Assembly (NCBI GenBank): GCA_019112785.1
Contig: DXIQ01000017.1
Location: 5,360-69,359, forward strand
Reading direction: 5' to 3'
DNA: 64,000 nucleotides
Origin: Candidatus Blautia stercorigallinarum
GTDB lineage: Bacteria; Bacillota; Clostridia; Lachnospirales; Lachnospiraceae
Part shown: in pieces, positions 34,742 through 46,032 of the stretch
How positions within the stretch are numbered: the first letter of the stretch is position 1
Layout of the letters: every line of letters starts with the position of its first letter
Made by a program: the position numbers and the translations under genes
The notes under the pieces: model-generated
Told to the model about the DNA's origin: nothing
Databases searched by the model: none
What the model saw: the letters and a program-made list of their open reading frames with translations, nothing else

Positions 34742-36969
34742 TGAATCTCTTTGATCCTCACATCTAAGGCCGTATAACGGTCTTGTTCCATTCGATTATT
34801 TTCCATGTCATAGAAAGTCTTCTCATCACCTACCAGGGTAACACATTTTCTGGCCCTGGTCACCGCTGTATAGAGAAGATTCCGATTCATCAGCATCCTG
34901 GGCCCCTGGAGAAGAGGGATCACTACTGCCGGATACTCACTTCCCTGGGCTTTATGGATGGTGATCGCATAAGCCAGTTCCAGTTCATCCAGCTGTTTAA
35001 ATGAATATTCCACAAATCTCTTCTCATCAAACTCCACCGTCATCATCTCTGCAAAAGAATTGATCTCACGGATAATACCGGTATCTCCGTTAAATACTCC
35101 CACACCTTTTTCCACAGGTATTCCGTAATTTCCTCTGATCTCCCATTCCAACTGATAGTTGTTCTTTATCTGCATGACCTTGTCTCCTTCACGGAAGACA
35201 CCCTGTCCATGCTCTTTTTCCTTTTTTTCCCGTTCAGGGGGATTCAGATACTGCTGCAATATAGAGTTTAACCGTTCCACCCCCAGAAGTCCTTTTCGCA
35301 TAGGCGTAAGGACCTGGATCTCATAGGGCGATGCTTCCACATATTTCGGCAGTTTTTTCTGGATCAGAGTGATCACAATGCTGATGATCACGTTGGCGTC
35401 ATATCTTTTCAGGAAGAAGAAATCTCTGCTCTTATTGTCAAGGACCACCGGTATTCCCTGGTTGATCTTATGAGCGTTGACCACAATATCGCTTTGAGAA
35501 GCCTGACGGAAGATCTTCACCAATTCTACAACAGGAAAGCAGCCGGAAGAGATAATATCCTTCAGTACACTGCCCGGTCCCACACTGGGAAGCTGGTTCA
35601 CATCTCCCACCAGGATCAGCCTGGTACCGGAAACCACAGCGGAAAGAAGTGCATGCATCAAAAAAATATCCACCATGGACATTTCATCAATAATGATCAC
35701 ATCCGCCTCCAGAGGATTCTGGGCATTCCGCTCAAATCTTACATTCTCCTGGGCCTGTTCCGGGCCTCCGCTTAACTCCAGCAGACGATGTATAGTCTTT
35801 GCTTCATAACCGGTGGTCTCAGTCATCCGTTTTGCAGCTCTTCCTGTAGGCGCTGCCAGACAGATGTCCAGATCCTCCATCTCAAAATACCGGATAATGG
35901 CGTTGATCGTGGTAGTCTTACCTGTTCCGGGACCTCCGGTTATGATCAGAAGGCCATTCTTTACAGCCTCCCTTACCGCTTCTTTCTGTTTCTCATCCAG
36001 TTCTACTCCTGTTCCCCTCTGGATCCGCTCTATCTTTTCTTCCAGGACATCTTCTTTTACTGTATCCTGGAGATTTAATGTGTGGAGCATCTGCGCCACA
36101 TGGAGTTCTACCTGATAGTAAGAAGCAGCATATACCGCTGTCTGCACCGGCGCTCCCTCTCTTTTGATCTCCCGGATCACGATCTTTCTTTCTATGGACA
36201 GGTCCATTAAATGCTTTTCCATATATTCCTGCTCCACGCCCAGCAGATCCCTGGCTCTTTTGAGCAGCACTTCCTTTGGCAGGTACACATGCCCCTCCCC
36301 GGAAGCCTGAAGCAATATGTATAAAATACCGCTCCGGATACGGTAATCGGAATCCGTATGGATCCCGATCCTGGCAGCAATCTCATCGGCGATCTTAAAG
36401 CCTACGCCGGGAATGTCCTCTGCCATTTTATAAGGATTTTCTTTCAGTACACCATACATCTCCTGGCCATACTGCCGGTAGATCTTCATTCCCAGGGTCT
36501 GGGTGATCCCGTATTGTTGAAGGAACATCATGGCCTTCCGCATATCCGCCTTTTCTTCCACCTGATCGGCGATCTCTCTGGCCTTTCTTTCACTGATGCC
36601 TTTTACCTCTGCCAGCCTTTCCGGCTCTTCCTCAATGATCCGAAGGGTATCGTCTCCGAATTTTCTTACGATCCTGGCAGCAAGAGCTGCTCCTATGCCT
36701 TTAATTGCTCCTGATCCCAGATAGCGCTCCATTGCCAGGGAATCCTGAGGGATCACAGACTCATAGGAATCCACCGAAAACTGTCTGCCGTAAGAAGGAT
36801 GCCTTGTATAAGTCCCTCTGGCCCGTATCGTCTCTCCTTCACTGAGAAACCGGAAATTTCCCACGCAGGTGATCTCTTCTCCCTGGGAAACCAGACAGGC
36901 TACCGTATATCCATTGTCACGATTCTGAAATATGATATGGTCCACATATCCCTCAATTGTCTCTTCCAC
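34738..36969 (-). CDS. recD2: SF1B ATP-dependent DNA helicase RecD2
   Basis: 743 aa. Helix-hairpin-helix region, Walker A GGPGTGKTT, DEMSMVD, QLPSVGPG, and the C-terminal SH3-like/2B regions. Confidence 0.92.
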   Translation of the reverse strand: MEETIEGYVDHIIFQNRDNGYTVACLVSQGEEITCVGNFRFLSEGETIRARGTYTRHPSYGRQFSVDSYESVIPQDSLAMERYLGSGAIKGIGAALAARIVRKFGDDTLRIIEEEPERLAEVKGISERKAREIADQVEEKADMRKAMMFLQQYGITQTLGMKIYRQYGQEMYGVLKENPYKMAEDIPGVGFKIADEIAARIGIHTDSDYRIRSGILYILLQASGEGHVYLPKEVLLKRARDLLGVEQEYMEKHLMDLSIERKIVIREIKREGAPVQTAVYAASYYQVELHVAQMLHTLNLQDTVKEDVLEEKIERIQRGTGVELDEKQKEAVREAVKNGLLIITGGPGTGKTTTINAIIRYFEMEDLDICLAAPTGRAAKRMTETTGYEAKTIHRLLELSGGPEQAQENVRFERNAQNPLEADVIIIDEMSMVDIFLMHALLSAVVSGTRLILVGDVNQLPSVGPGSVLKDIISSGCFPVVELVKIFRQASQSDIVVNAHKINQGIPVVLDNKSRDFFFLKRYDANVIISIVITLIQKKLPKYVEASPYEIQVLTPMRKGLLGVERLNSILQQYLNPPEREKKEKEHGQGVFREGDKVMQIKNNYQLEWEIRGNYGIPVEKGVGVFNGDTGIIREINSFAEMMTVEFDEKRFVEYSFKQLDELELAYAITIHKAQGSEYPAVVIPLLQGPRMLMNRNLLYTAVTRARKCVTLVGDEKTFYDMENNRMEQDRYTALDVRIKEIQ

Positions 36970-36996
36970 AGTTTTTACCTTCCGTACGATCTTCTT

Positions 36997-37989
36997 TTAT
37001 TTCTCGTTCATCTTGCTCATAAGTTCCATATACTGACCGGTTCCTATGGCAACAGCCAGGGCAGGTTCCTCTGCCACCACTGTATTGATCCCTGTTTCTT
37101 CTTCGATAAGCTGTTCCAGCCCTCCAAGAAGAGCGCCTCCGCCAGTAAGAACGATTCCTCTTTCTGCCACATCAGCGGCAAGCTCCGGAGGAGTTTTCTC
37201 CAGGATACTGTGTATGGTCTCCATGATCTGGGTGGCTGCATCTTTCAGAGCCTCCCGGATTTCTTCAGAAGTCACCGTAATACTTTTCGGGAGTCCGGTA
37301 ATGGTATCTCTTCCTTTTACTTCCATAGACTTTGGTTCCAGAAGAGAGTAGACTGTGCCGATCTGGATCTTAATATCTTCGGCCGTCCGTTCTCCGATCA
37401 TCAGATTATGCATTTTTCTTACATAGCGCATGATGGCCTCATCAAAATTATCTCCTGCCACTTTAATGGAAGTGGAGACTACCGTTCCTCCAAGGGAGAT
37501 TACCGCCACATCGGTAGTGCCGCCCCCTATATCCACGATCATATTTCCAAAAGGCTTTGTAATGTCGATCCCTGCTCCTATGGCTGCTGCAATAGGTTCC
37601 TCAATAATAGAAACTTCTCTGGCTCCAGCCTGATAGGTAGCCTCTTCCACAGCCTTTTTTTCAACCTCTGTGATCCCGCTTGGGGCACAGATACTGATTC
37701 TGGGCTTCCGGAAAGCTCTTTTTCCTATAGCCTTTGAAATAAAATATTTCAACATCTTTTCCGTAACCTCAAAATCTGAGATCACTCCCTGCCTCAGGGG
37801 ACGCACTGCCACAATATTTCCAGGTGTTCTCCCTATCATCTGACGGGCCTCTTCTCCTACGGCTCTGATCTTATTGCTGTCTTTATCATATGCGACTACG
37901 GAAGGCTCCTTGAGCACGATTCCTTTTCCTTTCGCGTATACCAGTATACTGGCCGTGCCTAAATCGATCCCAATATCTGAAGCTGCCAT
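36997..37989 (-). CDS. mreB: rod-shape-determining actin homologue MreB/Mbl
   Basis: 330 aa. IGIDLGTA, DIGGGTTD and GIVLTGGGA actin-fold motifs. Confidence 0.93.
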   Translation of the reverse strand: MAASDIGIDLGTASILVYAKGKGIVLKEPSVVAYDKDSNKIRAVGEEARQMIGRTPGNIVAVRPLRQGVISDFEVTEKMLKYFISKAIGKRAFRKPRISICAPSGITEVEKKAVEEATYQAGAREVSIIEEPIAAAIGAGIDITKPFGNMIVDIGGGTTDVAVISLGGTVVSTSIKVAGDNFDEAIMRYVRKMHNLMIGERTAEDIKIQIGTVYSLLEPKSMEVKGRDTITGLPKSITVTSEEIREALKDAATQIMETIHSILEKTPPELAADVAERGIVLTGGGALLGGLEQLIEEETGINTVVAEEPALAVAIGTGQYMELMSKMNEK

Positions 37990-38098
37990 TTACACTGCCC
38001 CTTTCTAAACTTCTCTTCATGATCAGATCAGAAATTCTTTTCCGCCTGATAAATCAACATTTATTATATCCAACTTAACCCCTGTTGAAAAGGGGCAA

Positions 38099-40945
38099 TC
38101 ATCTCAAATATTTTGACACATAACGACCTGTATAGGAGGCCGGATTAGCCGCAACCTCTTCAGGAGTGCCGCTGGCGATCACAGTTCCCCCTTTGTCGCC
38201 TCCCTCCGGACCGATATCAATAATATAATCCGCAGTCTTGATCACATCCAGATTGTGTTCAATAACGACCACCGTATTTCCACCTTCAGACAATCTCCGG
38301 AGGATTTCAATGAGTTTGTGCACATCAGCGAAATGCAGTCCTGTAGTAGGCTCATCCAGAATATAAATAGTCTTTCCCGTACCTCTTTTACTCAGCTCTG
38401 TAGCCAGCTTGATACGCTGGGCCTCTCCTCCTGAAAGTTCTGTAGAAGGCTGTCCCAGTTTAATATAGGAAAGTCCTACATCATATAGGGTCTGGATCTT
38501 TCTTTTAATAGATGGCACATGGTCGAAAAACTCCAGGGCTTCTTCCACCGTCATATTCAGCACGTCATAAATATTTTTCCCTTTATATTTTACCTCAAGT
38601 GTTTCTCTGTTATACCTTTTCCCATGACATACTTCACAGGGAACATAGACATCCGGCAGGAAGTGCATTTCAATCTTTAAGATGCCGTCTCCGCTGCACG
38701 CCTCGCATCTGCCCCCTTTCACATTAAAGCTGAATCTTCCTTTCTTATAGCCTCTTGCCTTTGCATCAGATGTAGCCGCAAAAAGATCACGTATCTGATC
38801 GAAAACCCCTGTATAAGTAGCCGGATTGGAACGGGGAGTCCTTCCAATAGGAGACTGGTCAATGTTGATCACCTTGTCAAGCTGTTCTACGCCTTCAATA
38901 CATTTATGCTTTCCGGGAATTGTCCTTGCCCGGTTTAATTTACGCGCCAGGCTTTTATACAGGATCTCATTGACCAGGGAACTCTTTCCTGATCCGGACA
39001 CACCTGTAACACAGGTCATGACTCCCAGAGGAATCTTCACATCTATATTTTTCAGATTATTCTCCGCTGCTTTTCTCACGATGAGAAAACCCGTAGGTTT
39101 TCTTCTCTCTGAAGGTACGGGGATTTTTTTCTTCCCGCTTAAATATTGGCCGGTAATAGAATCAGGATTCTTCATGATCTCTTCTGCCGTTCCGATAGCC
39201 ACCAGTTTTCCTCCGTGCTCCCCTGCGCCAGGTCCGATATCCACAATACAATCCGCCGCTCTCATGGTGTCCTCATCATGTTCCACAACGATCAGGGAAT
39301 TTCCCAGATCCCGCAGATGTTTCAGAGTCGCCAGCAGTTTATCATTGTCTCTCTGATGAAGACCGATACTTGGCTCGTCCAGAATATATGCCACACCTAC
39401 CAGCCCGGAGCCGATCTGAGTGGCCAGCCGTATTCTCTGGGCTTCTCCGCCGGAAAGAGTGCCTGTTGCCCTTGAAAGGGTAAGATAATCCAATCCAACA
39501 TTGACCAGAAATCCCACTCTGGAACGGATTTCTTTTAAAACCTGTTCCCCGATCATTTCCTGGGTAGGTGTCAATTTCAACTCATTTAGGAATTCCTGAA
39601 GGCTGCTGATAGAAAGGGAGGTTACCTCATAAATATTCTTATCCCCTACTGTCACAGCCAGTGCTTCCGGTTTCAGACGCTGTCCCTTGCAGGCAGGACA
39701 GGGTGTGATCCGCATAAATGTCTCATACTCCTGTTTTGTAGCGTCGGATCCGGTCTCTCTGTAACGTCTCTCCACATTTTTGATCAGGCCCTCAAAAGCA
39801 ACGTCATAGACTCCTTCGCCTCTCTGGCCTTTATAGTACACCTTGACCTGGTGTCCATTTGTTCCATAAAGCAGGATATCCCGGATCTTTTGAGGATATT
39901 CTTCAAAAGGCGTATCCAGATCAAAACCGTATTCCTTTGCCAGAGCATCTAAAATAGCTCTTGTAAAACTTCCTTTATCCGTGCAGGACTGCCAGCCTAA
40001 AACAGTAATGGCTCCCTGCTGTATACTCAGACTTTTATCCGGAATCATCAGATCCACATCAAATTCCATTTTGTATCCTAATCCAAAACAGGATGGACAG
40101 GCCCCGAATGGATTATTAAAGGAAAAACTTCTGGGCTCGATCTCATCAATACTGATCCCGCAGTCCGGACAGGCAAAGCTCTGGCTGAAATTCTGGATAT
40201 TTCCATCCATGGTATCTACCATCAGACGTCCCTCTGCCAGATTCAGCACAGTTTCAATAGAATCTGTCAGACGCTTTTCAATCCCTTCTTTCACAATAAG
40301 ACGGTCCACTACAATTTCTATATTATGCTTTTTATTCTTGTCTAACTGGATCTCTTCGCTGAGTTCATAGAGACTTCCGTCTATCTGTACCCTCACATAA
40401 CCGCTTTTTCTGGCCTGTTCCAGAAGTTTGGCATGGGTTCCCTTACGCCCTCTTACCACCGGCGCCAGGAGCTGGATCCTGGTCCGCTCCGGAAGCTTCA
40501 TGATCTGATCCACCATCTGATCCACAGTCTGCTTCTTAATCTCCCGTCCGCATTTGGGGCAGTGGGGAATGCCGATCCTGGCATAGAGCAGACGAAAATA
40601 GTCATAGATTTCCGTAACTGTTCCTACAGTAGAGCGGGGATTTCTATTAGTAGATTTCTGATCAATGGAAATCGCCGGAGACAACCCCTCTATACTCTCC
40701 ACATTGGGTTTCTCCATCTGCCCCAGAAACTGTCTGGCATAAGAAGAAAGGGATTCCATATATCTTCTCTGCCCCTCTGCGTATATAGTGTCAAAAGCCA
40801 GAGAACTTTTTCCCGAACCGCTGAGCCCGGTCAATACCACCAGCTCATTTCTGGGGATATCTACGTCCAGGTTTTTTAAATTATTCTCATTCGCTCCCCT
40901 TATTTTTATAAATTGTCTAGGCTGCATTTTCACTGCCATATCCAT
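38099..40945 (-). CDS. uvrA: excinuclease ABC subunit A
   Basis: 948 aa with two ABC modules ([18 protein letters not shown]), LSGGEAQR signatures and zinc-finger cysteines. Confidence 0.98.
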   Translation of the reverse strand: MDMAVKMQPRQFIKIRGANENNLKNLDVDIPRNELVVLTGLSGSGKSSLAFDTIYAEGQRRYMESLSSYARQFLGQMEKPNVESIEGLSPAISIDQKSTNRNPRSTVGTVTEIYDYFRLLYARIGIPHCPKCGREIKKQTVDQMVDQIMKLPERTRIQLLAPVVRGRKGTHAKLLEQARKSGYVRVQIDGSLYELSEEIQLDKNKKHNIEIVVDRLIVKEGIEKRLTDSIETVLNLAEGRLMVDTMDGNIQNFSQSFACPDCGISIDEIEPRSFSFNNPFGACPSCFGLGYKMEFDVDLMIPDKSLSIQQGAITVLGWQSCTDKGSFTRAILDALAKEYGFDLDTPFEEYPQKIRDILLYGTNGHQVKVYYKGQRGEGVYDVAFEGLIKNVERRYRETGSDATKQEYETFMRITPCPACKGQRLKPEALAVTVGDKNIYEVTSLSISSLQEFLNELKLTPTQEMIGEQVLKEIRSRVGFLVNVGLDYLTLSRATGTLSGGEAQRIRLATQIGSGLVGVAYILDEPSIGLHQRDNDKLLATLKHLRDLGNSLIVVEHDEDTMRAADCIVDIGPGAGEHGGKLVAIGTAEEIMKNPDSITGQYLSGKKKIPVPSERRKPTGFLIVRKAAENNLKNIDVKIPLGVMTCVTGVSGSGKSSLVNEILYKSLARKLNRARTIPGKHKCIEGVEQLDKVINIDQSPIGRTPRSNPATYTGVFDQIRDLFAATSDAKARGYKKGRFSFNVKGGRCEACSGDGILKIEMHFLPDVYVPCEVCHGKRYNRETLEVKYKGKNIYDVLNMTVEEALEFFDHVPSIKRKIQTLYDVGLSYIKLGQPSTELSGGEAQRIKLATELSKRGTGKTIYILDEPTTGLHFADVHKLIEILRRLSEGGNTVVVIEHNLDVIKTADYIIDIGPEGGDKGGTVIASGTPEEVAANPASYTGRYVSKYLR

Positions 40946-41068
40946 TCCTCACTATCTTTTCGTCTTTTATTTATATTATCTGATTCTTTTCGCCCATTAT
41001 ACTGTCAAAAAGGCAGACGCCTTCTGCGATTTCCTGGCCCTCCGGGCAAAGGATCCAGGACTAGGCCT

Positions 41069-41097
41069 AGTATAGCATATATGCCCCTGTTTTTCAA
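41069..41097 (-). promoter_or_regulatory. putative sigma-A-type promoter of uvrA
   Basis: Minus strand: TTGAAA (41097-41092), 17-nt spacer, TATACT (41074-41069). Confidence 0.5.
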
Positions 41098-41108
41098 ACA
41101 TTTGTTCT
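41095..41108 (-). promoter_or_regulatory. LexA (Cheo/SOS) box candidate overlapping the -35 of the uvrA promoter
   Basis: The minus strand reads AGAACAAATGTTTG, against the Firmicute consensus CGAACATATGTTCG (GAAC-N4-GTTC core with one core mismatch). Confidence 0.5.
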
Positions 41109-41136
41109 GTTTTATCTGAAAATGCAACAGGACAGC

Positions 41137-41167
41137 TGAAAAAAGGGAGCTGCCCGAAGGCAGCCCC
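41137..41167 (-). terminator. intrinsic terminator after the CBS-domain gene
   Basis: On the minus strand, ggggctgcc-ttcg-ggcagctccc is followed by TTTTTT. Confidence 0.7.
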
Positions 41168-41175
41168 TATCCAAT

Positions 41176-41595
41176 CTACTTTTCCTTAGGTTCCTTACCA
41201 CAGGAAGAACATATATACTGCATGATATCTCTTCTGGTCACGATCCCGATAAAATTCTTCTGATCATCTACTACCGGGACAAAATTCTGCCGCATGGCTT
41301 TCTCCATCAGATCCTCCATATCGGAGTCTACTCTGACGGGAGCATAATCTGCACGCCTCTTAAACGAAGTGATCGGGACCTCCTCTGCCGCCTTCATGTT
41401 CAGCGAACTGCGGTTTCTCAGGCCCCAGAGCATATCTCCTTCTGTAAGCGTGCCCACATATTTTCCTCTGTCGTTTATAATCGGAATACAGGAAAATTTG
41501 TGTTCCTCCATCTTCTCCAGTGTCTGTCCCAGAGTATAAGAATCATGTATATATGTAACATCTTCCTTGGGGGTAAGAAAAAATAATATATTCAT
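41176..41595 (-). CDS. CBS-pair domain protein
   Basis: Track ORF starts at a GTG that lies inside the SD; ATG 41595 (MNILFFLTPKEDV...) follows GGAGGG. Two CBS repeats (IPIINDRGKYVGTLTEGD, VPVVDDQKNFIGIVTRRD). Confidence 0.8.
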   Translation of the reverse strand: MNILFFLTPKEDVTYIHDSYTLGQTLEKMEEHKFSCIPIINDRGKYVGTLTEGDMLWGLRNRSSLNMKAAEEVPITSFKRRADYAPVRVDSDMEDLMEKAMRQNFVPVVDDQKNFIGIVTRRDIMQYICSSCGKEPKEK

Positions 41596-41723
41596 AGTAC
41601 CCTCCACTCAATTTACTCTTTCCTTATTCTGACATATTCGGAAGAAGAAATCCAGTAGAAAGCTATAAACATTTATTAAAATTCTATGAAGAGCCAATCA
41701 CTCCTGAATTTCCCGCTTTTTTG

Positions 41724-42869
41724 TCAATCAAACAGGAAATCGGCAAATATCTGATTACTCAGCAGAATTCCTTCCTCTGAAAGAAAGATCCGGTCTCCTG
41801 ACTCCTGCAGCATGCCATTTTCCAGATATTTCTTCAAGGTTTTCTCGTAAATCAGATCCAGATCTTTTCCGAAGGTCCTGCGGAATTCTTTTCTGGACAC
41901 GCCTCTGGTCTTGCGAAGTCCCAGAAACATGAATTCTTCTATCTGTCTGGGTTCTTCCAGAAATTCCACTTCTTCCCGGATCTTCCTGGGATCCCGGCAG
42001 CCTGTTCTGTATTTTTCCCAGTCCCGGGTGTTAGACATACGCATGTTACGGATCATAGCCGCAGCGCCCAGTCCCAGACCAAGATAATCTTTCCTCTCCC
42101 AGTAGCGCAGATTATGCCTGGACTCTTTTCCAGCCCTGGCATAATTGGAGATCTCGTACTGCCGGAATCCCTGGTTTTCTAAATACTCGCCCGTCCACAG
42201 ATAGATTTCTCTGCTGGTCTCCTCATCAGGCAGAAGCTCTTCATGTTCTCCATACCTTTCATAAAATTCTGTTCCTTCTTCGATGATCAGCTGATAGACA
42301 GAAAGATGTTCCAGAGGAGTTCTTATCAGAATTTCCAGCTCTTCTTTCCATTCCTCCAACGTCTGCCCCGGCAGAGATGAAATAAGATCCCCGCTGATAT
42401 TGTCAAATCCCGCTTCCCTGGCCATATGATAACTTTCCAGAAAATCTTCATAGGTATGGATCCGTCCCAGAAGTTTCAGATTTTCATTTTTCACTGATTG
42501 GATCCCTATACTCAAACGGTTGATCCCCAGCTGCCTATACGCTTTCAGCTTTTCCTTCCGAGCAGTTCCCGGGTTCATCTCCAGAGTGATCTCTGCTTTT
42601 TTCTCTATCCGGAATGTCTGGCGGAGAGCCCCCATGATCCTTTCAATCTGTCCTGTTTCCAGGATTGATGGAGTTCCTCCTCCAAAATAAACTGTAGATA
42701 CCTGATAATCGGCAGCAAAAGTTTTATAGCTGCGGATTTCCTGTTCCAGATCCCGGACATATTCTTCCTTCTGATTCTTATCCCCGCTCCAGGAAAGAAA
42801 GTCGCAGTATGCACATTTTTTTATGCAAAAAGGAATATGAATATACAAGCCCAAATCTTTTTTCATCAC
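41724..42869 (-). CDS. hemW: radical SAM heme chaperone HemW (HemN-like, oxygen-independent coproporphyrinogen oxidase family)
   Basis: 381 aa with a CxxxCxxC cluster (HIPFCIKKCAYCDF) and the HemN_C domain. Located directly downstream of lepA, as in Bacillus. Confidence 0.9.
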   Translation of the reverse strand: MMKKDLGLYIHIPFCIKKCAYCDFLSWSGDKNQKEEYVRDLEQEIRSYKTFAADYQVSTVYFGGGTPSILETGQIERIMGALRQTFRIEKKAEITLEMNPGTARKEKLKAYRQLGINRLSIGIQSVKNENLKLLGRIHTYEDFLESYHMAREAGFDNISGDLISSLPGQTLEEWKEELEILIRTPLEHLSVYQLIIEEGTEFYERYGEHEELLPDEETSREIYLWTGEYLENQGFRQYEISNYARAGKESRHNLRYWERKDYLGLGLGAAAMIRNMRMSNTRDWEKYRTGCRDPRKIREEVEFLEEPRQIEEFMFLGLRKTRGVSRKEFRRTFGKDLDLIYEKTLKKYLENGMLQESGDRIFLSEEGILLSNQIFADFLFD

Positions 42870-42883
42870 TTTACTCCCGGAAT

Positions 42884-44698
42884 CTATTTATCATCCAGCT
42901 TTAACACACTCATAAAAGCTTTCTGTGGAATTTCTACATTTCCGATCTGGCGCATTCTTTTCTTTCCCTCTTTCTGCTTCTCCAGCAGTTTCCGCTTACG
43001 GGAAATGTCACCCCCGTAGCATTTTGCAAGCACATCTTTCCGCAAAGCCTTTACAGTCTCTCTGGCAATGATCTTACTTCCTACAGCCGCCTGAATAGGA
43101 ATTTCAAAAAGCTGTCTGGGGATTTCTTCCTTCAGTTTCTCGCACATTTTTCTTCCCCTGTCATAGGCAGACCCGGCGAAGACAATAAAGGAAAGAGCAT
43201 CCACTTCTTCTTTATTTACCAGGATATCCAGCTTCACCAGATCGCTCCGCTCATATCCCAGCATTTCATAATCAAAAGAGGCATAACCCCGTGACCGGGA
43301 TTTCAGCGCATCGAAAAAGTCGTAAATGATCTCATTCAATGGCAGATGATAATGGAGCAGAGCTCTGGTGGTCTCCATATATTCCATTCCCTGATACTGT
43401 CCTCTTCTCTCCTGACAAAGTTCCATAATAGGACCGATATAATCTGTGGTGACCATGATCTCCGCTTTGACCATGGGCTCTTCCATATAGTCAATTTCCG
43501 ATGGATCCGGAAGATTAGATGGATTTGTCAGATCCATCACTTCTCCGTTTGTCTTATGCACTTTATAAACAACTCCGGGAGCGGTTGTGACCAGATCCAG
43601 GTTATATTCCCTCTCCAGCCTCTCCTGGATGATTTCCAGATGAAGAAGTCCCAGAAAACCGCAGCGGAATCCAAAGCCCAGAGCGATAGAAGTTTCCGGT
43701 TCAAAGAACAGGGAAGCATCATTAAGCTGAAGCTTTTCCAGGGCATCCCGCAGATCCTCATACTTGGCTCCGTCGGCAGGATAAACGCCGCAGAACACCA
43801 TAGGATTTACTTTTTTATATCCCGGCAGAGGCTGGGCACAGGGATTTTCATCATCTGTAATAGTATCTCCCACCCGGGTATCTTTCACATTTTTTATACT
43901 GGCGGTAATATACCCTACCATTCCCGCCGGCAATTCTTCACAGGGGATCAGCTGTCCGGCGCCAAAATATCCTACTTCCACTACTTCTTCCACAGCCCCT
44001 GTAGCCATCATCCGGATCTTGGTTCCTTTTTTTACTCTTCCTTCCATGATCCTGCAAAATACGATCACGCCTCTGTAAGAATCATAAATGGAATCAAAGA
44101 TCAGAGCCTGAAGGGGGTTATCCGGACTGCCTTTAGGCGCCGGTACTTTCTTTACGATCTGTTCCAGTACTTCATCAATATTCAGTCCTGTCTTTGCCGA
44201 GATCTGTGGAGCATCCTGGGCCTCGATCCCGATCACATCCTCGATCTCATTGATCACCCGTTCCGGATCTGCACTGGGCAGATCGATCTTATTGATCACC
44301 GGAAATACATCCAGGTCATGATCCAGGGCAAGATAGACATTTGCCAGAGTCTGAGCTTCAATCCCCTGGGCGGCATCCACCACCAGGATAGCGCCGTCGC
44401 AGGCGGCCAGACTCCTGGATACCTCATAGTTAAAATCCACATGTCCCGGTGTGTCGATCAGGTTAAAAATATATTCTTCCCCGTCTTTGGCCTTATACAC
44501 GGTACGTACAGCCTGGGATTTAATGGTGATCCCTCTCTCTCTTTCCAGATCCATATTGTCCAGGACCTGGGACTGCATCTCCCTTTCTGTCAGTAAACCG
44601 GTTCTTTCTATGATACGGTCTGCAAGGGTAGACTTTCCATGGTCTATATGTGCAATGATACAAAAATTACGAATTTTGCTCTGGTCTATCGCAGGCAT
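42884..44698 (-). CDS. lepA: translation elongation factor 4
   Basis: 604 aa. [25 protein letters not shown]-motifs and the LepA C-terminal domain. Confidence 0.98.
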   Translation of the reverse strand: MPAIDQSKIRNFCIIAHIDHGKSTLADRIIERTGLLTEREMQSQVLDNMDLERERGITIKSQAVRTVYKAKDGEEYIFNLIDTPGHVDFNYEVSRSLAACDGAILVVDAAQGIEAQTLANVYLALDHDLDVFPVINKIDLPSADPERVINEIEDVIGIEAQDAPQISAKTGLNIDEVLEQIVKKVPAPKGSPDNPLQALIFDSIYDSYRGVIVFCRIMEGRVKKGTKIRMMATGAVEEVVEVGYFGAGQLIPCEELPAGMVGYITASIKNVKDTRVGDTITDDENPCAQPLPGYKKVNPMVFCGVYPADGAKYEDLRDALEKLQLNDASLFFEPETSIALGFGFRCGFLGLLHLEIIQERLEREYNLDLVTTAPGVVYKVHKTNGEVMDLTNPSNLPDPSEIDYMEEPMVKAEIMVTTDYIGPIMELCQERRGQYQGMEYMETTRALLHYHLPLNEIIYDFFDALKSRSRGYASFDYEMLGYERSDLVKLDILVNKEEVDALSFIVFAGSAYDRGRKMCEKLKEEIPRQLFEIPIQAAVGSKIIARETVKALRKDVLAKCYGGDISRKRKLLEKQKEGKKRMRQIGNVEIPQKAFMSVLKLDDK

Positions 44699-44727
44699 AA
44701 ATATTCCTCCCTGTCAGTTTATTATGA

Positions 44728-46032
44728 TTATATATTTCGGACCGTTCTTCGTCCAATCGAATCATATATCAAAGGCAATTTTTCAAGCTCTTTTATCTGA
44801 AAACAATTTCTTCCGTCTAAGATCACGGGTTTTTTCATCTTATTACAAAACGCTTGAGGAGCAAGATTTTTAATTTCTTCCCATTCTGTAAAAATCATGC
44901 ATAAATCTGCTTCCTCCAAGGCCTGCTCCGGTGATTCACAATATTTTATCTTTCCTGGATATAATTTGTCAAATTCTATTTCCGCTACCGGATCGTAGGC
45001 CTTTACTATCGCACCGTCGTCCAGGAGTATTCCTACATTAATAATCGATGGCGCTTCCCGCAGATCATTTGTTCCTGGCTTGAAAGTGAGCCCCAGTACA
45101 GCCACTGTCAGTCCTTCCAGGGAACTATAGTATTGTCTTGCCTTTTTAATCAATTTCAGTTTCTGGTTATCATTGACCTCTATCGCAGCTTTGATGGTCT
45201 TAAACTCCTTGTCATAATAATTACCCAGCCAATGAAGCGCCTTTGTGTCTTTTGGAAAGCAGGAACCGCCATATCCGATGCCTGCTTTCAGAAATTTATT
45301 TCCAATTCTCTCGTCCATTCCCATTCCCCTGGCCACGTCTTCTATGTCCGCACCTACAGTCTCACAGAAATTTGCGATTTCATTCACATAAGATATTTTC
45401 AAAGCCAGGAAATCATTAGAAGCATATTTGATCATCTCCGCACTCCTCCTGTTAGTAAGGATTTTTGGTGCTTCAAAATTTTCATAAACTTTCATCAGGA
45501 CTTCCCCTGCTTTTTCATTTTCTGCCCCGATAATGATCCTGGCCGCATGAAGTGTGTCCCGCACTGCAGTCCCCTGGGAAAGAAATTCAGGATTGGATAC
45601 ACAGTCTATTTCAACCGGATGTATAAGATGCTCTCTTATATAATTTTCTATTTTATCATTTGTACCAATAGGTACCGTAGATTTAACGACTACCACACAA
45701 TCTCTTTCTACAGACTCTGCAATCTGTTTTGCTACTGTATAAACATATTTCAGATTTGCAGAACCATCCACCTTTTCCGGAGTACCTACACCAATAAAAA
45801 TCACTTCTGCATCTGCATATGCGTTTTTATAGTCTGTAGTAAATGTAAGCCTGTCCATATTTTTCTTCATTAATTCTGGAAGGCCCTTCTCGTAAATAGG
45901 TGAAATCCCCTGCTGCATTTTTTCTATTTTCTTTTCATCCACATCCACACAAGTAACTTCATGTTTGTGTTCCGCAAGACAAACACCTGTTACTAATCCA
46001 ACATACCCTGTTCCTGCTACTGCTATTTTCAT
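44728..46032 (-). CDS. ugd: UDP-glucose 6-dehydrogenase
   Basis: Track ORF 44728..46128, trimmed to ATG 46032 (MKIAVAGTGYVGLV...) after GGAAGAAGGAA. This gives an ATGA overlap with the YfhO stop. Catalytic GGSCFPKD motif. Confidence 0.92.
   Translation of the reverse strand: MKIAVAGTGYVGLVTGVCLAEHKHEVTCVDVDEKKIEKMQQGISPIYEKGLPELMKKNMDRLTFTTDYKNAYADAEVIFIGVGTPEKVDGSANLKYVYTVAKQIAESVERDCVVVVKSTVPIGTNDKIENYIREHLIHPVEIDCVSNPEFLSQGTAVRDTLHAARIIIGAENEKAGEVLMKVYENFEAPKILTNRRSAEMIKYASNDFLALKISYVNEIANFCETVGADIEDVARGMGMDERIGNKFLKAGIGYGGSCFPKDTKALHWLGNYYDKEFKTIKAAIEVNDNQKLKLIKKARQYYSSLEGLTVAVLGLTFKPGTNDLREAPSIINVGILLDDGAIVKAYDPVAEIEFDKLYPGKIKYCESPEQALEEADLCMIFTEWEEIKNLAPQAFCNKMKKPVILDGRNCFQIKELEKLPLIYDSIGRRTVRNI

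Noticed and set aside
38079-38095. Possible terminator after uvrA (CCCCT-N7-AGGGG)
   Set aside because: The stem is only 5 bp and no U-run follows on the coding strand. It is too weak to call.
43346-44596. 416-aa plus-strand ORF
   Set aside because: Antisense shadow of lepA, with the same compositional character and no motifs.
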